DNA of 61,647 bases from Octopus bimaculoides (GCF_001194135.2 NC_068993.1:43304068-43365714), one strand, 5' to 3'. Positions 1 through 11,738 are shown, counted from the first letter of the stretch. The notes: a model not told the origin generated them from the sequence alone. Made by a program: numbers and translations.

Positions 1-110
1 ATATATATATATATATATATATATATACAAATATATATACATATACATATTTATATACATACATGTGTGTGTGTATGTGTGTGAGTGTGTATGTGTGTGT
101 GTGTGAAATG
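1..110. repeat. Compound (TA)n/(TG)n microsatellite
   Basis: Directly visible dinucleotide runs. Confidence 0.95.
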
Positions 111-134
111 TGTGAAGATGTGTGCATGTTTTAT

Positions 135-406
135 GAAGGCGCATGGCCTAGTGATTAGGGAGTTATGCTCACGATCGTAAGATCGTGAATCTGATTCCTA
201 AAGGCACGTTGTGTCCTTCAGCAAAGCACTTTATTTCACATTGCTCCAGTTCACTCAGCTAACAAAATTGAGTAGTACCTGTAATTCAAAAGGACAAGCC
301 TTGTCATACTTTGTGTCTCACGCTGTCAACTCCATAAAAGGGTATACGTGTCTGTGCTCAGCTATTAGCAACTGGAATCCTCACCGTCGTAACCGACGAA
401 GTCCTT
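135..406 (+). mobile_element. Diverged tRNA-derived SINE with CORE-like centre (family D-related)
   Basis: Box A-like TGGCCTAGTGATTAG. CORE-like block TGTCCTTCAGCAAAGCACTTTATTTCACATTGCTCCAGTTCACTCAGC. The 3' blocks (GTACCTGTAATTCAAAAGG, GCCTTGTCA, GGGTATACGTGTCTGTG, AACTGGAATCCTC, GTCGTAACCGACG) match the copy at 22263-22632. Confidence 0.7.
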
Positions 407-540
407 CTGAGTGTGTAGGGCGGGGTTATTATGATTTAGTTCAGGCGCAGCAATACCAATATTCAGTTCTTGAACTCAGTATACTTATGCTTTTGACTGA
501 AAGTTCAGGAGAGTACAGAGCATAATATTGCTTTCTACTA

Positions 541-690
541 TAGAAACAAGGCCTGAATTTTGGAAGATGGGGATAGTTGATTACATTGACACCAGTACTC
601 AACTGGTACGTATTTCATCGACCCCGAAAAGATGAATGGCCAAGTCGACCTCGGCGGAATTTGAACTCAGAACGTAAAGTACAGAGCATA
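541..690 (-). mobile_element. tRNA-derived SINE family A, partial
   Basis: Contains AAGTCGACCTCGGCGGAATTTGAACTCAGAACG (reverse complement carries box B GAGTTCAAATTCC) and the ACTGGTAC..ATCGACCCCGAAA core seen in many copies in the window. Confidence 0.85.
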
Positions 691-706
691 ATATTAATTA
701 ATTAAT

Positions 707-892
707 GAAGGCGGTGAACTGGATAGAATGCTTACCGGCATTTCGTCTGTCTTTACTTCTGAGTTCAAATTCCGCTGAGATCGACCTTGCCTTTCATCAA
801 TTCGATATCAATAAAGTAAGTACTAGTTGAACACTGGGGTTGATGTAATCGACTTATTCTCTCCCCGAAATGCCTGGCCTTTCACCAAACAT
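707..892 (+). mobile_element. tRNA-derived SINE family A
   Basis: GAAGGCGGTGAACTGG head, GAGTTCAAATTCCGC box B, GATCGACCTTGCCTTTCATC core. Head-to-head with the copy at 541-690. Confidence 0.85.
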
Positions 893-1067
893 TAAAACAA
901 TATCAATTAATAAATGACAAAAGAATGGGGGTTTAGATAATCGTCTGCATTAGACAGGATCCGACAAAGCTTCAAGATATTGCACAAGCACTAAGAAAGC
1001 ACACAGCTCTGAGTGCATTGCTTTTTGGAGCAGAAACAGCTGTAAACTTATGCAGTTAAACAATCCA

Positions 1068-1175
1068 AGAATCGGATTCACGACCTTATGATCGTGAGCC
1101 GAATCCCCTAATCACTAGGCCATGCACCTTATGATCGTGAGCCGAATCCCCTAATCACTAGGCCATGCACCTTCA
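1068..1175 (-). mobile_element. SINE 5' head with a perfect 43-bp tandem duplication
   Basis: Reverse complement reads GAAGGTGCATGGCCTAGTGATTAGGGGATTCGGCTCACGATCATAAGG. The 43-bp unit is repeated at 1083-1125 and 1126-1168. Confidence 0.8.
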
Positions 1176-1200
1176 TAAAACATGCACAAACCTTCACACA

Positions 1201-1280
<80 letters not shown>

Positions 1281-2538
1281 NNNNNNNNNNNNNNNNNNNN
1301 NNNNNNNNNNNNNNNNNNNNNNNNNNNNNNNNNNNNNNNNNNNNNNNNNNNNNNNNNNNNNNNNNNNNNNNNNNNNNNNNNNNNNNNNNNNNNNNNNNNN
1401 NNNNNNNNNNNNNNNNNNNNNNNNNNNNNNNNNNNNNNNNNNNNNNNNNNNNNNNNNNNNNNNNNNNNNNNNNNNNNNNNNNNNNNNNNNNNNNNNNNNN
1501 NNNNNNNNNNNNNNNNNNNNNNNNNNNNNNNNNNNNNNNNNNNNNNNNNNNNNNNNNNNNNNNNNNNNNNNNNNNNNNNNNNNNNNNNNNNNNNNNNNNN
1601 NNNNNNNNNNNNNNNNNNNNNNNNNNNNNNNNNNNNNNNNNNNNNNNNNNNNNNNNNNNNNNNNNNNNNNNNNNNNNNNNNNNNNNNNNNNNNNNNNNNN
1701 NNNNNNNNNNNNNNNNNNNNNNNNNNNNNNNNNNNNNNNNNNNNNNNNNNNNNNNNNNNNNNNNNNNNNNNNNNNNNNNNNNNNNNNNNNNNNNNNNNNN
1801 NNNNNNNNNNNNNNNNNNNNNNNNNNNNNNNNNNNNNNNNNNNNNNNNNNNNNNNNNNNNNNNNNNNNNNNNNNNNNNNNNNNNNNNNNNNNNNNNNNNN
1901 NNNNNNNNNNNNNNNNNNNNNNNNNNNNNNNATATATATATATATAGTATGCACATGTGTATGTATATCCGCTGTGGGGCATTCCCTTAATAAGCTGTCA
2001 ACATGAAAATATAGCGACTTCACATTTCACACCTGACAACATCTGCATTACTTTATAAATGACAACACACGTGAATTGTATGTTTTTGCATCTGTGTAGA
2101 GAAATACACCTCTTACTCTTTCCCTTTCTTTTTCCTCTTCTGTCTATTGAAAACGTCCGTCCGTGTTTGTCTGTGTGTCTTTTTATATGACAGATCTGAT
2201 CTGTTGAGCTAAATTGCAGTCTATAAATTCCGGTTCCATGCCAAACAAGTTACACCTTCTTCTTCATAAACTTTAGTCTTGACGTTTATGTAATGAGGTG
2301 ACTATACGCAACAGAACATAACATGAATACCTGCGAAAATAGTTGGTCGATTGGTTTTAACTTGGGTGAAGCCAGAATATATGCATCGACATTTGAACAA
2401 TGATTGCAAGTAAAAAAAATTCTAGCCACCGGTCCTTTGCATTCAGATTGCAAATCCCTCCCTGCTAAAGTGTATACTCTTTGAATTTTACGTTGAGTCC
2501 ATTCAACGGCCTTCTATATAGTTTCCATCCACCCAATA

Positions 2539-2746
2539 CTGACTTCAAATTGTGGCACAGGGCCAGCAGTTACAGGGAAAAGAGTAAGTCGATTACATCG
2601 ACACTAGTGCTCCACTGCTACTTATTTGATCGACCTCGAAAGGATGAAAGGCAAAGTCAACCTCGGCAGAATTTGAAATCAGAATGCGAAAACGGACGAA
2701 ATACCATTTCACCCGGCGTGCTAAGGATTCAGCCAGCTCATTCCCC
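2539..2746 (-). mobile_element. SINE family A with 15-bp target-site duplication
   Basis: Family A core. TCCATCCACCCAATA flanks it at 2524-2538 and 2747-2761. Confidence 0.85.
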
Positions 2747-2761
2747 TCCATCCACCCAATA

Positions 2762-2976
2762 TTGGTTTCAAATTTTGGTACAGGACCAGCAATTCCAGGG
2801 AAGGGAGTAAGTCGAATACACCAACCCCAGTGTCCAACTGGTACTTATTTTATCGACTCCGAAAGGACGAAAGGCAAAGTCGACCTCGGCGGAATTTGAA
2901 CACAGAACGTAAAAACGTGCGAAATACCGCTAGAACCGCTAGCCCAGCGTGCTAACGGTTCTGCTAGCTCGTCGTC
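2762..2976 (-). mobile_element. SINE family A (right part identical to the 3829-4041 copy; possibly an assembly chimera)
   Basis: Full family A sequence. 2874-3130 is identical to 3939-4195. Confidence 0.8.
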
Positions 2977-3828
2977 ATAGGAGTTTGTAATATTAGTTGT
3001 TGTAAGGGCAGTGAATTTATAGAATCGTTTGAGCATCGGACAAAATGCTGTGCGGTTCTCGAACCAACATTTTCCATAAATTTTATTCTAATTTTTCCAA
3101 CCATCTTTGCTCCTTTTATTCTTTTATTTCNNNNNNNNNNNNNNNNNNNNNNNNNNNNNNNNNNNNNNNNNNNNNNNNNNNNNNNNNNNNNNNNNNNNNN
3201 NNNNNNNNNNNNNNNNNNNNNNNNNNNNNNNNNNNNNNNNNNNNNNNNNNNNNNNNNNNNNNNNNNNNNNNNNNNNNNNNNNNNNNNNNNNNNNNNNNNN
3301 NNNNNNNNNNNNNNNNNNNNNNNNNNNNNNNNNNNNNNNNNNNNNNNNNNNNNNNNNNNNNNNNNNNNNNNNNNNNNNNNNNNNNNNNNNNNNNNNNNNN
3401 NNNNNNNNNNNNNNNNNNNNNNNNNNNNNNNNNNNNNNNNNNNNNNNNNNNNNNNNNNNNNNNNNNNNNNNNNNNNNNNNNNNNNNNNNNNNNNNNNNNN
3501 NNNNNNNNNNNNNNNNNNNNNNNNNNNNNNNNNNNNNNNNNNNNNNNNNNNNNNNNNNNNNNNNNNNNNNNNNNNNNNNNNNNNNNNNNNNNNNNNNNNN
3601 NNNNNNNNNNNNNNNNNNNNNNNNNNNNNNNNNNNNNNNNNNNNNNNNNNNNNNNNNNNNNNNNNNNNNNNNNNNNNNNNNNNNNNNNNNNNNNNTCACA
3701 TGTCGAATGTTGAGTGCTATTCACTGTATCACGCCATATGATTTCGAGCGCTGTTTTGTTTAATAACTTATGAATACTGTTGTCAAAAGCAGGATGCACG
3801 AAACCTTTAGATAGGAGTTTGTAATATT

Positions 3829-4041
3829 GATTTCAAATTTTGGAACAAGGACAGCAAATTCGGGGAAGGGGATAAGTCGATCACAGCAACCCCAGTGCTC
3901 AAATGGTACTTATTTTGTTGACCCCGAAAGGATGAAAAGCAAAGTCGACCTCGGCGGAATTTGAACACAGAACGTAAAAACGTGCGAAATACCGCTAGAA
4001 CCGCTAGCCCAGCGTGCTAACGGTTCTGCTAGCTCGTCGTC
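3829..4041 (-). mobile_element. SINE family A with 18-bp target-site duplication
   Basis: Full family A sequence. ATAGGAGTTTGTAATATT lies at 3811-3828 and 4042-4059. Confidence 0.88.
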
Positions 4042-4415
4042 ATAGGAGTTTGTAATATTAGTTGTTGTAAGGGCAGTGAATTTATAGAATCGTTTGAGCA
4101 TCGGACAAAATGCTGTGCGGTTCTCGAACCAACATTTTCCATAAATTTTATTCTAATTTTTCCAACCATCTTTGCTCCTTTTATTCTTTTATTTCCGAGC
4201 TTTCTTCTGATGAGGAACTAACGTCTCTGTCACTTCTTTATAAGCCTTAAACAAACATAATATTTGCCAACATTTGCCCCTCCCGTGTTGTCATCTTTTT
4301 GTACTTATATCCTTCTTCAGGTGTTTATTTGTGAGTGTGGGAGTGGATTAAGGCCCTTTACATCTTAAGGCCCTTTACATCTTGAGTTCAAATTCCACTA
4401 AACCATTCATCTTAA

Positions 4416-4636
4416 CCCTTTAGCATTCAGAGTCTTCTGTCAAAAATAATGCTTTTTTATTCACATTGTTTTCAATAAATCATGCATTATCTCATAGCTT
4501 CAAGATTCTGATGCTGTGATTATTTTATTTTTAGTATGACATTGTTGGGTAAGTGTGAGAAGGCAGATCTTACTGGTTTGAACATAAAACACATAGAATA
4601 TATGGGCCTGATATAGCCGGTTTAGATACCAAAGGG
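4416..4636. mobile_element. piggyBac-type MITE
   Basis: TTAA at 4412-4415 and 4637-4640. Imperfect TIRs CCCTTTAGCATT / GATACCAAAGGG (9/12) with CCC...GGG ends. Confidence 0.75.
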
Positions 4637-5022
4637 TTAAACAATCGGTTAAGCACCGAGAAGGATATAATCGACTATATCTATCCCGCAAATTTAAGGT
4701 TTTATGCCTACACTAGAAATCAATATCAGTGGTTACAAACATCCATATATGTAATGTAAAACTTATTATGTACGTACAGACTATATCATTCTCTTATACA
4801 CAGTCATATAATATTGATTTCGGAGAGAGAGGGGGAGAGAAAGAAGGAGAAGTCCAACTGACAACTATAGTTATTAATCCACCTCGAAGGAATGGAAAGC
4901 TAATTTACCTTTTGCCAGACATGTCAGTGAGGCATCAAACTAGTTAATTTGAAAATGCAGTATACCATTCTAGAACTCGTTTGATTATAAACATGGTCTT
5001 TCTTTCCCTTTCTCTCGCTCTT

Positions 5023-5086
<64 letters not shown>

Positions 5087-5574
5087 TACATAATGACAGA
5101 TATATATACACTCACACACACACATATTACATTATAAAAAGTCAAGTCACGTTTTAAAGACATTTTTGTTTGTGACGGAAGTACTTGGAGTAAACACATG
5201 TTACAGAGGTAGTTATAGTCTCTATCTCTCTATATATATACATATNNNNNNNNNNNNNNNNNNNNNNNNNNNNNNNNNNNNNNNNNNNNNNNNNNNNNNN
5301 NNNNNNNNNNNNNNNNNNNNNNNNNNNNNNNNNNNNNNNNNNNNNNNNNNNNNNNNNNNNNNNNNNNNNNNNNNNNNNNNNNNNNNNNNNNNNNNNNNNN
5401 NNNNNNNNNNNNNNNNNNNNNNNNNNNNNNNNNNNNNNNNNNNNNNNNNNNNNNNNNNNNNNNNNNNNNNNNNNNNNNNNNNNNNNNNNNNNNNNNNNNN
5501 NNNNNNNNNNNNNNNNNNNNNNNNNNNNNNNNNNNNNNNNNNNNNNNNNNNNNNNNNNNNNNNNNNNNNNNNNN

Positions 5575-6385
5575 CTTACAGGGTACACTGGTCCACAGAA
5601 AATTTCAATCCCAGATCCTAAATCAGTGAGAGACCTGGGTATCAACATGAGTGATGATACCTCTTTCCAAGTGCACATTAACAGGATGGCGACAAACTGC
5701 AGACGACTGGAGGGATGGATGGATCCTGAGAACATTCAGAACCAGAGATAAGGAAACCATGATTGTCCTATGGAGGACATTCGTCCTCAGCCGCCTGGAT
5801 TACTGCTCCCAGCTATGGTCACCCAACAGTGTAAAATTAACAGCAGACCTTGAAGCAATCCAGCGAAGATTCAAAAAGAAGATCGTCTCTTTGCAACTGC
5901 TCAGCTACTGGGAAAGGCTGAAACAGCTAAGACTCTACTCCCTGGAGCGAAGGCAGGAGAGGTATGCAGTAATATACATCTGGAAGATCCTGGAAGAAAT
6001 TGTACCAAATTTTGGCATTGACAGCTACACCAATGTCACAACGGGTCGACACTGTATAGTGCCAAAGATCCCAACAACGCCATCACACTTCAGGACCACT
6101 TACTGCAACAGCCTGGATTTCAGGGGCCCACAGCTTTTTAATATTCTCCCAAAGAGCCTGAGGAACCTGCACAAAGTAGATGCAGGCGTTTTTAAATCAA
6201 GGCTGGACCTCTTCCTCTCGAGAGTCCCAGATGAACCTACCTCACGGCCAGAGGTGCAAATGAGGGTAGCTACATCAAACTCCATTCTTCACCAAGTGCC
6301 ACATATTGGAGGAGGCTCTCAGTAATAACAGTGTAGGAAAACGGTGGTGCATCAGCATGGCCGCAGCTCTGAGCTGAAACTACAG

Positions 6386-6388
<3 letters not shown>
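5575..6388 (+). mobile_element. CR1-group (CR1/L2-like) LINE, 3' part of ORF2 reverse transcriptase plus 3' UTR; frameshifted
   Basis: Translates to SVRDLGINMSDDTSFQVHI...(frameshift at GGATGGATGGAT 5713-5724)...GWILRTFRTRD..VLSRLDYCSQLWSP..LEAIQRRF..YWERLKQLRLYSLERR..GPQLFNILP, typical of the post-RT region of CR1-group LINEs. Structured 3' tail. The 5' end is lost in the gap. Confidence 0.88.
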
Positions 6389-6421
<33 letters not shown>

Positions 6422-8337
6422 CGCCTATAATAACTTTTGCCGGAGTTTCACACGAGTATTCAAGAATTTAGACACAACTATCCTCAGCGGATATATAACA
6501 GAATAGAAGTTTGTCGCGTGAAGTGTAAGGTCATCAGTTCTTTGTCCGGTACTCTGAAAAGTGATAGAAGGCATGTCATACATCATCTGTAAGTAGATAT
6601 TAATTCTGTTTTTCAATTCATCACGTGAATGGAGTATTATATGATGTGACACAGACTGCATTGCATTCAATATTACTGCATATGATGGATCTAGAAAGGA
6701 TAGACCACGCAATATATCACGCTCTTTCTTTTACTAGTTGTATTTAGAGAGTGATGGATTTTCTTTGTAACGATGTTTGAAAGAACTCATATATCGATAT
6801 AGTCAGCTTTTAAATGAGTTCGCTGATAACCCGATGTAAGGCATCACTCCTATAAAAAACATTACTTCATTGCAAATCTACAGAATCTCTCGAAATAATA
6901 GAAACCAATGAGGAGACAACTGTAATAGTCGGAACAAAGAGTTGTGCCCTTGCATTGTTAGTGCATAAATAACTAAATTGAGTATCAGAATACTACAACT
7001 GAGAACGATCCATAACTATCTTTAGCACCGGCTCAAAAACAAACCTCCATTATGTGATGATTGTTCCAACATACGAAATCTTTAACATACTGTCAAGAAG
7101 AAAATACAGTATCGTTCTCGAAATACAGACAGCAGAAAGATATTAGTGAGTCTACATCTGCTAATACAACATGGATTATATTGGACATACGGCACCCATG
7201 CAAAAAAAAAAAACACTCCATAATATAAATTCCTCGAACAATCTTAATCCTTATCGTAACTTGAATCTCAATGAAGGACAACTCTGAGACAATGAGAATA
7301 CAAGATACAAAAGGTTCGCAATGAAAAACATATACAAACAAACACATCAAACATATGTATCTTATCTTCAGATGTCTACCGGATATCATCGTGGTTTCGA
7401 CACCTAGGAAGTACCATTCAATAGGGTGGTGTCAATAGTATCAAAAATATAAACGCTGCCTGGGAATAGAAGTCAAGAAGTACGGGTCAAATGTGTTCAT
7501 TAAGTCGTTACTTGCTTACAAAGCACGAACACAAACACTAAATCTCCATCATAAATCGTCATACAACTGGAGCTATTACACATAGAAATTTAATAAAATA
7601 AAGTATAGAAAATAGAAAAAGATATATTAAATCAAACATTACTACCTAAAGAAATACAGAACATAAAAACTGTAAGACATTAATAAAGAAACTAAACGTA
7701 GTAAACAGAATTTATTAAATATAAAACAAATTAAGTTACAAACACATAAAAATCAATAAAATATGAAAACAATAATAATAACCAAAGAAATAATCTTCCC
7801 CAGTTCTACAAGTTAACAAACATAACCAAAAACAGGGGAATACATCTTCCCAGAACTAGTAATACGATTTGAAGTAATTTAAAGCAAAAACAAAGAAAAA
7901 AAGGAAGAAATTTAATGTCATCAACTGGAATCGAACCAAGTATTTACTGCTGACCAACCAAACTGGAAAGCGTAACCAACTGTGCTTTAAAATTTTTGTC
8001 TCTATTTTCTTGAATTTATCAATTTCTTTTTTTTTTTTTTTTCTTATACTAATTTTATATTGGTTCATATTATTTTTACATGGGAACGTCGATTATATCA
8101 GTTTCAAATTTTAGCGCAAGTCTAGTAATTTCAGGGGAGGGGGTAAGTCGATTAGATCGACCCCGCTACTTACTGTTACTTACCATCAACTGGCACTTAC
8201 CGCCGATTTTATCGAAATGAGATCTCGACAATAAATAGTAAGTACCAACACTGCAATATTCCAAGAGGGCTTCAGTTCCTTGTTGAAGCCAAGCCACCGC
8301 ACCAATGACTTTTGTGAAACCATTATTACCAACGCGT

Positions 8338-8565
8338 AAGGTGGCGAGCTGGTAAATCGTTAGCATGCCGGATAAAAATGCTTAGCGGCATTTCTTCCGG
8401 TTTTACGTTCCGAGTTCAAATTCCACTAATCACGACTTTGCCTTTCATCCTTTCGGGATCGATTTTGCCGTTTATCCTTCTGAAATATGTATCAGCTGAG
8501 CACTGGGATCGATATAATCGACTAACTCTTTATCCCCAAATCGCAGAAAGAATTATCACCAACGT
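8338..8565 (+). mobile_element. SINE family A
   Basis: GGTGGCGAGCTGG..CGTTAGCATGCCGG head, GAGTTCAAATTCC box B, GACTTTGCCTTTCATCCTTTCGGG core. Confidence 0.85.
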
Positions 8566-9119
8566 ATAATCATTCACTCCCTCCATACTCTTGCTCGATG
8601 AGATTGGGATCATCCCAGATTAGTGGTCCCAAAGACGTCATCGTATGTACAGCCGACCAGGTCCACTAGTGGTCCCCCACTAGTGAAGTACCTCCACTAG
8701 CCCTTCTGCCTCTCGTTGGTTGCGGGGGGCATGCAGGGATCAGTTCCGATGTTAGGCAGTCTGGTTTCTTCTGGTCGGTGTCGTAACAGGTTGAGGATTC
8801 TTCTGAGTGGGTCGATGGTTTCCGCAGGATAGTCAGATGATGGAGCTGCCAACTTGGCGACGATCTGACATGCTGCGGGTCACCGTCTGTCTGAAATCTC
8901 CCCAGTAGACCGGCCTGCCTAGGGTGGCCCTACTAGGAGCAAAGCTCCAAACGGTAACATTCTTTCGAATCTAAGGAACACGCAGGACTCCTCGCCATAG
9001 CAAGGCCAGGACAAAGAGAGGGAACGTATAATCTGCCGCTGGAAATAATGGCAAGACAGAAGAATGTAATGTGTGCGTGTGTGTGTGTGCGTGTGTGTGT
9101 ATGTGTGTGTGTGTATGTG

Positions 9120-9325
9120 TGTCTGTGTTTCGCATCGTCTGACAACTGGTGTTGATTTATGTGGTATCCAGCGGTCCGGCAAAAACTAACCGATAGAACA
9201 ATTATTAGGTTTAAAGAAAAAAGGAAAATAAGTCCCGGGGTTGATTTGATCGCCTAAACATTTCAAAGCGGTACCCACAAGATGCTAACACATCTGCAGT
9301 GCTATGACAGAAACAAAAAGAATAC
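9120..9325 (+). mobile_element. SINE family B/C 3' half, diverged
   Basis: TGACAACTGGTGTTG..AGCGGTCCGGCAAAA..ACCGATAGAA..AATAAGTCCCGGGGTTGATTTG matches the 3' half of 58005-58428. Confidence 0.7.
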
Positions 9326-10371
9326 GCACACACACACACACACACACATAATGTGTAGTCCTGCGTGGATTGAAGTTTTGTGGAAATCTATTTTGCCCTT
9401 AGGCTAATGTGGCTCGGAGAATACCAGAGAAAATTGATTAGAATTTGGCCACAGAATTTTCTTTTTTTCGGTATTACTTTTTTGTTTTCTTCATTCCGAA
9501 ATCATAGAGACTATAAAATATTCATAAACAATACTATATCTCGTCTCTATCATAATTCACTTTAACACCAGGACAATGTCCATGTTAAACTGTTGTAATT
9601 GATCAGCAATTTGTTCATGCGAAAAAATGTTGTCAAAGAAATTGAACTATATTATTTCTAGGCCATTACACAGACCACTCTCAATGTTTTTCCCTCACCA
9701 GACACTCAACTATTTCAAATTTCTCATAGACAAACCAATATTCACTGATAAATAACCGTTGTACGTGAAAACATATTCTGGGGAACTATTTCGGTTTTCC
9801 GGTGGTAACTTTTTAACTAGAATGTAACAGTAAGGTAGAGATTCCGTTGAATTCTATCGGGGAGGTGGGGTAAAAAATGAAGCCCTGAATCTCAGAGTGG
9901 GGTTTAAATAGGATGATGTAACATTTGTATATCACGGGCAAAAAATTAAATAACATCTGGTGACGACGCTCCCGCTCGGGTCTTTATGAGTTTTGGTGAG
10001 TATGGAGTTACCCCTTAGTTGCCACTACTCCCAGTTCTGCTCAAGTACTCCTGCTATGGATCAGATATAGCAGAAGATGGGTCTGTAGCTAAGGTACACA
10101 GGTCTCAAAAGAAGCCTGACTCCTTGACGTGTCATACAAGACGAACGGTGTGTAGGCATGATATGATGTCATGCGATACATGTCTTTGTGGGTGAAATGG
10201 GTCCTGTGCTTCAAGAGTAAACTCAGGATATAGAAGACTTACAGGGTAAACTGCAAATAAACCGCAACAAAGCAAATGGGAACCCAGTGTAAAAAAAGAA
10301 AAATCATGAATCTTCAGACTTTGTTCTGGCGACCCTTGATAGCCAACGCCCGTCGGTATGCGGGGCACATG

Positions 10372-10651
10372 AAGAGAAAGAAAGAGAGAGAGGGAGAGGG
10401 AGAGAGAGAGAGAGAGGGAGGGAGAGAGAGAGAGAGAGAGGCAGACTGACAGACGCACAGACAGGCACTCATACACACACAAACAGATAGGGTAAATGGA
10501 AAGAGAGAAGGGGTGAATGGAGAGACAAACAGAAAGTGTGAGCGAAGGAAGATAGACAGACATAACACAGACAGGAAGGGTAAGTGGAGAGAGAGACAGA
10601 GAGAGAGACAGAGAGAGAGAGACAGAGAGAGAAAGAGAGAGGGAGAGAGAC

Positions 10652-10694
<43 letters not shown>

Positions 10695-10910
10695 GGTGAA
10701 GTGTCGAGAGAGACAGACACATAGACACACAAACAGAGAGGGAGTTAGTGGAGAGACAGAGAGACACAGACAACACACACAAACACATAGACAGACACAC
10801 AGACAGACAGAGAAAGTGATGGTGAAAGTGATTGAGAGAGAGAGGGGGGTAGAGAAAGGGAAATAGGAAGAGAGAGAGGGGTAGAGAAAGGGAGAGAGAA
10901 CGAGAGAGAG
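10372..10910. repeat. Purine-rich (GA)n/(GACA)n low-complexity tract
   Basis: About 540 bp of AG, AGAC and GGAGA repeats, strongly purine-biased on the + strand. Confidence 0.9.
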
Positions 10911-11247
10911 AAGGATTATGCAATCTCGACAGCATTAGCAAGAAATGTCATCAATCGGGATTTGAAACAGGGTCACAGAGACGACAGTTTGCGTCAGCTG
11001 GAAGCATATTTTTTTTATTCAAGAAGGCTCGTAACACAACAAATAAACAAAACTACAATGAAAGCGAAAATGTCGAGTTTTAGGAGATATTTCTTATAAA
11101 TAACTGAATAGATTACATGGATAAAAATACCTGTATTGATTTTTATCACAGGAAAATCTTTTAATCGTTCTTCTCAGGAAATACAATAACGTCTTTAAAG
11201 AATAATAATAATGAAGAAAAATCCAATATATGTAAATATATACATAC

Positions 11248-11303
<56 letters not shown>

Positions 11304-11654
11304 AATATAAGATTTATTCTTGATTTGTGTTAAAATTCTGTCTGCAATTCGGCGTTGTCAAAATAGCTTAATGACAATTTCACCGACACGGTCGTCACAA
11401 GTCATCGTCATCTGTTTCATCTACTATGCTATATCAGCGGTTACACACAGATTCTTTCTGCTCTCAAATGAAATCACCTGTTCTTCTGTAATTCGATCTC
11501 CCTTTATGGCAGCCATCGTTATCGTCCGTCTCTCCTCCCAAGCCACAAATCACCATGGTTACATATGTTCCGAGCAATTAATGACATCCTTTGTTGATTG
11601 AAGTGGTTTTCGCTTTTGTTACATTCTAAAACTCCAGCAGTGTTCCAGCATTGT

Positions 11655-11701
11655 AGCACATACATGCATACACACGTATCCATACACACACACACACACA
11701 C

Positions 11702-11738
<37 letters not shown>

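Noticed and set aside
6425-6712. Tc1-like transposase C-terminus (HSRDELKNRI)
   Set aside because: Only one short motif resembles it. No catalytic residues or TIR were found.
7390-7430. Hammerhead-like relic on the minus strand (..CCTAGGTGTCGAAACC)
   Set aside because: The CUGANGA core is not recognisable and stems I and III do not pair.
8166-8366. Minus-strand exon candidate with two GTAAGT donors
   Set aside because: It has a weak acceptor, no recognisable protein similarity, and is wedged between SINE fragments.
10132-10941. 269-aa minus-strand ORF
   Set aside because: It is Leu/Ser/Val/Cys low complexity derived from the (CT)/(CTGT) tract.
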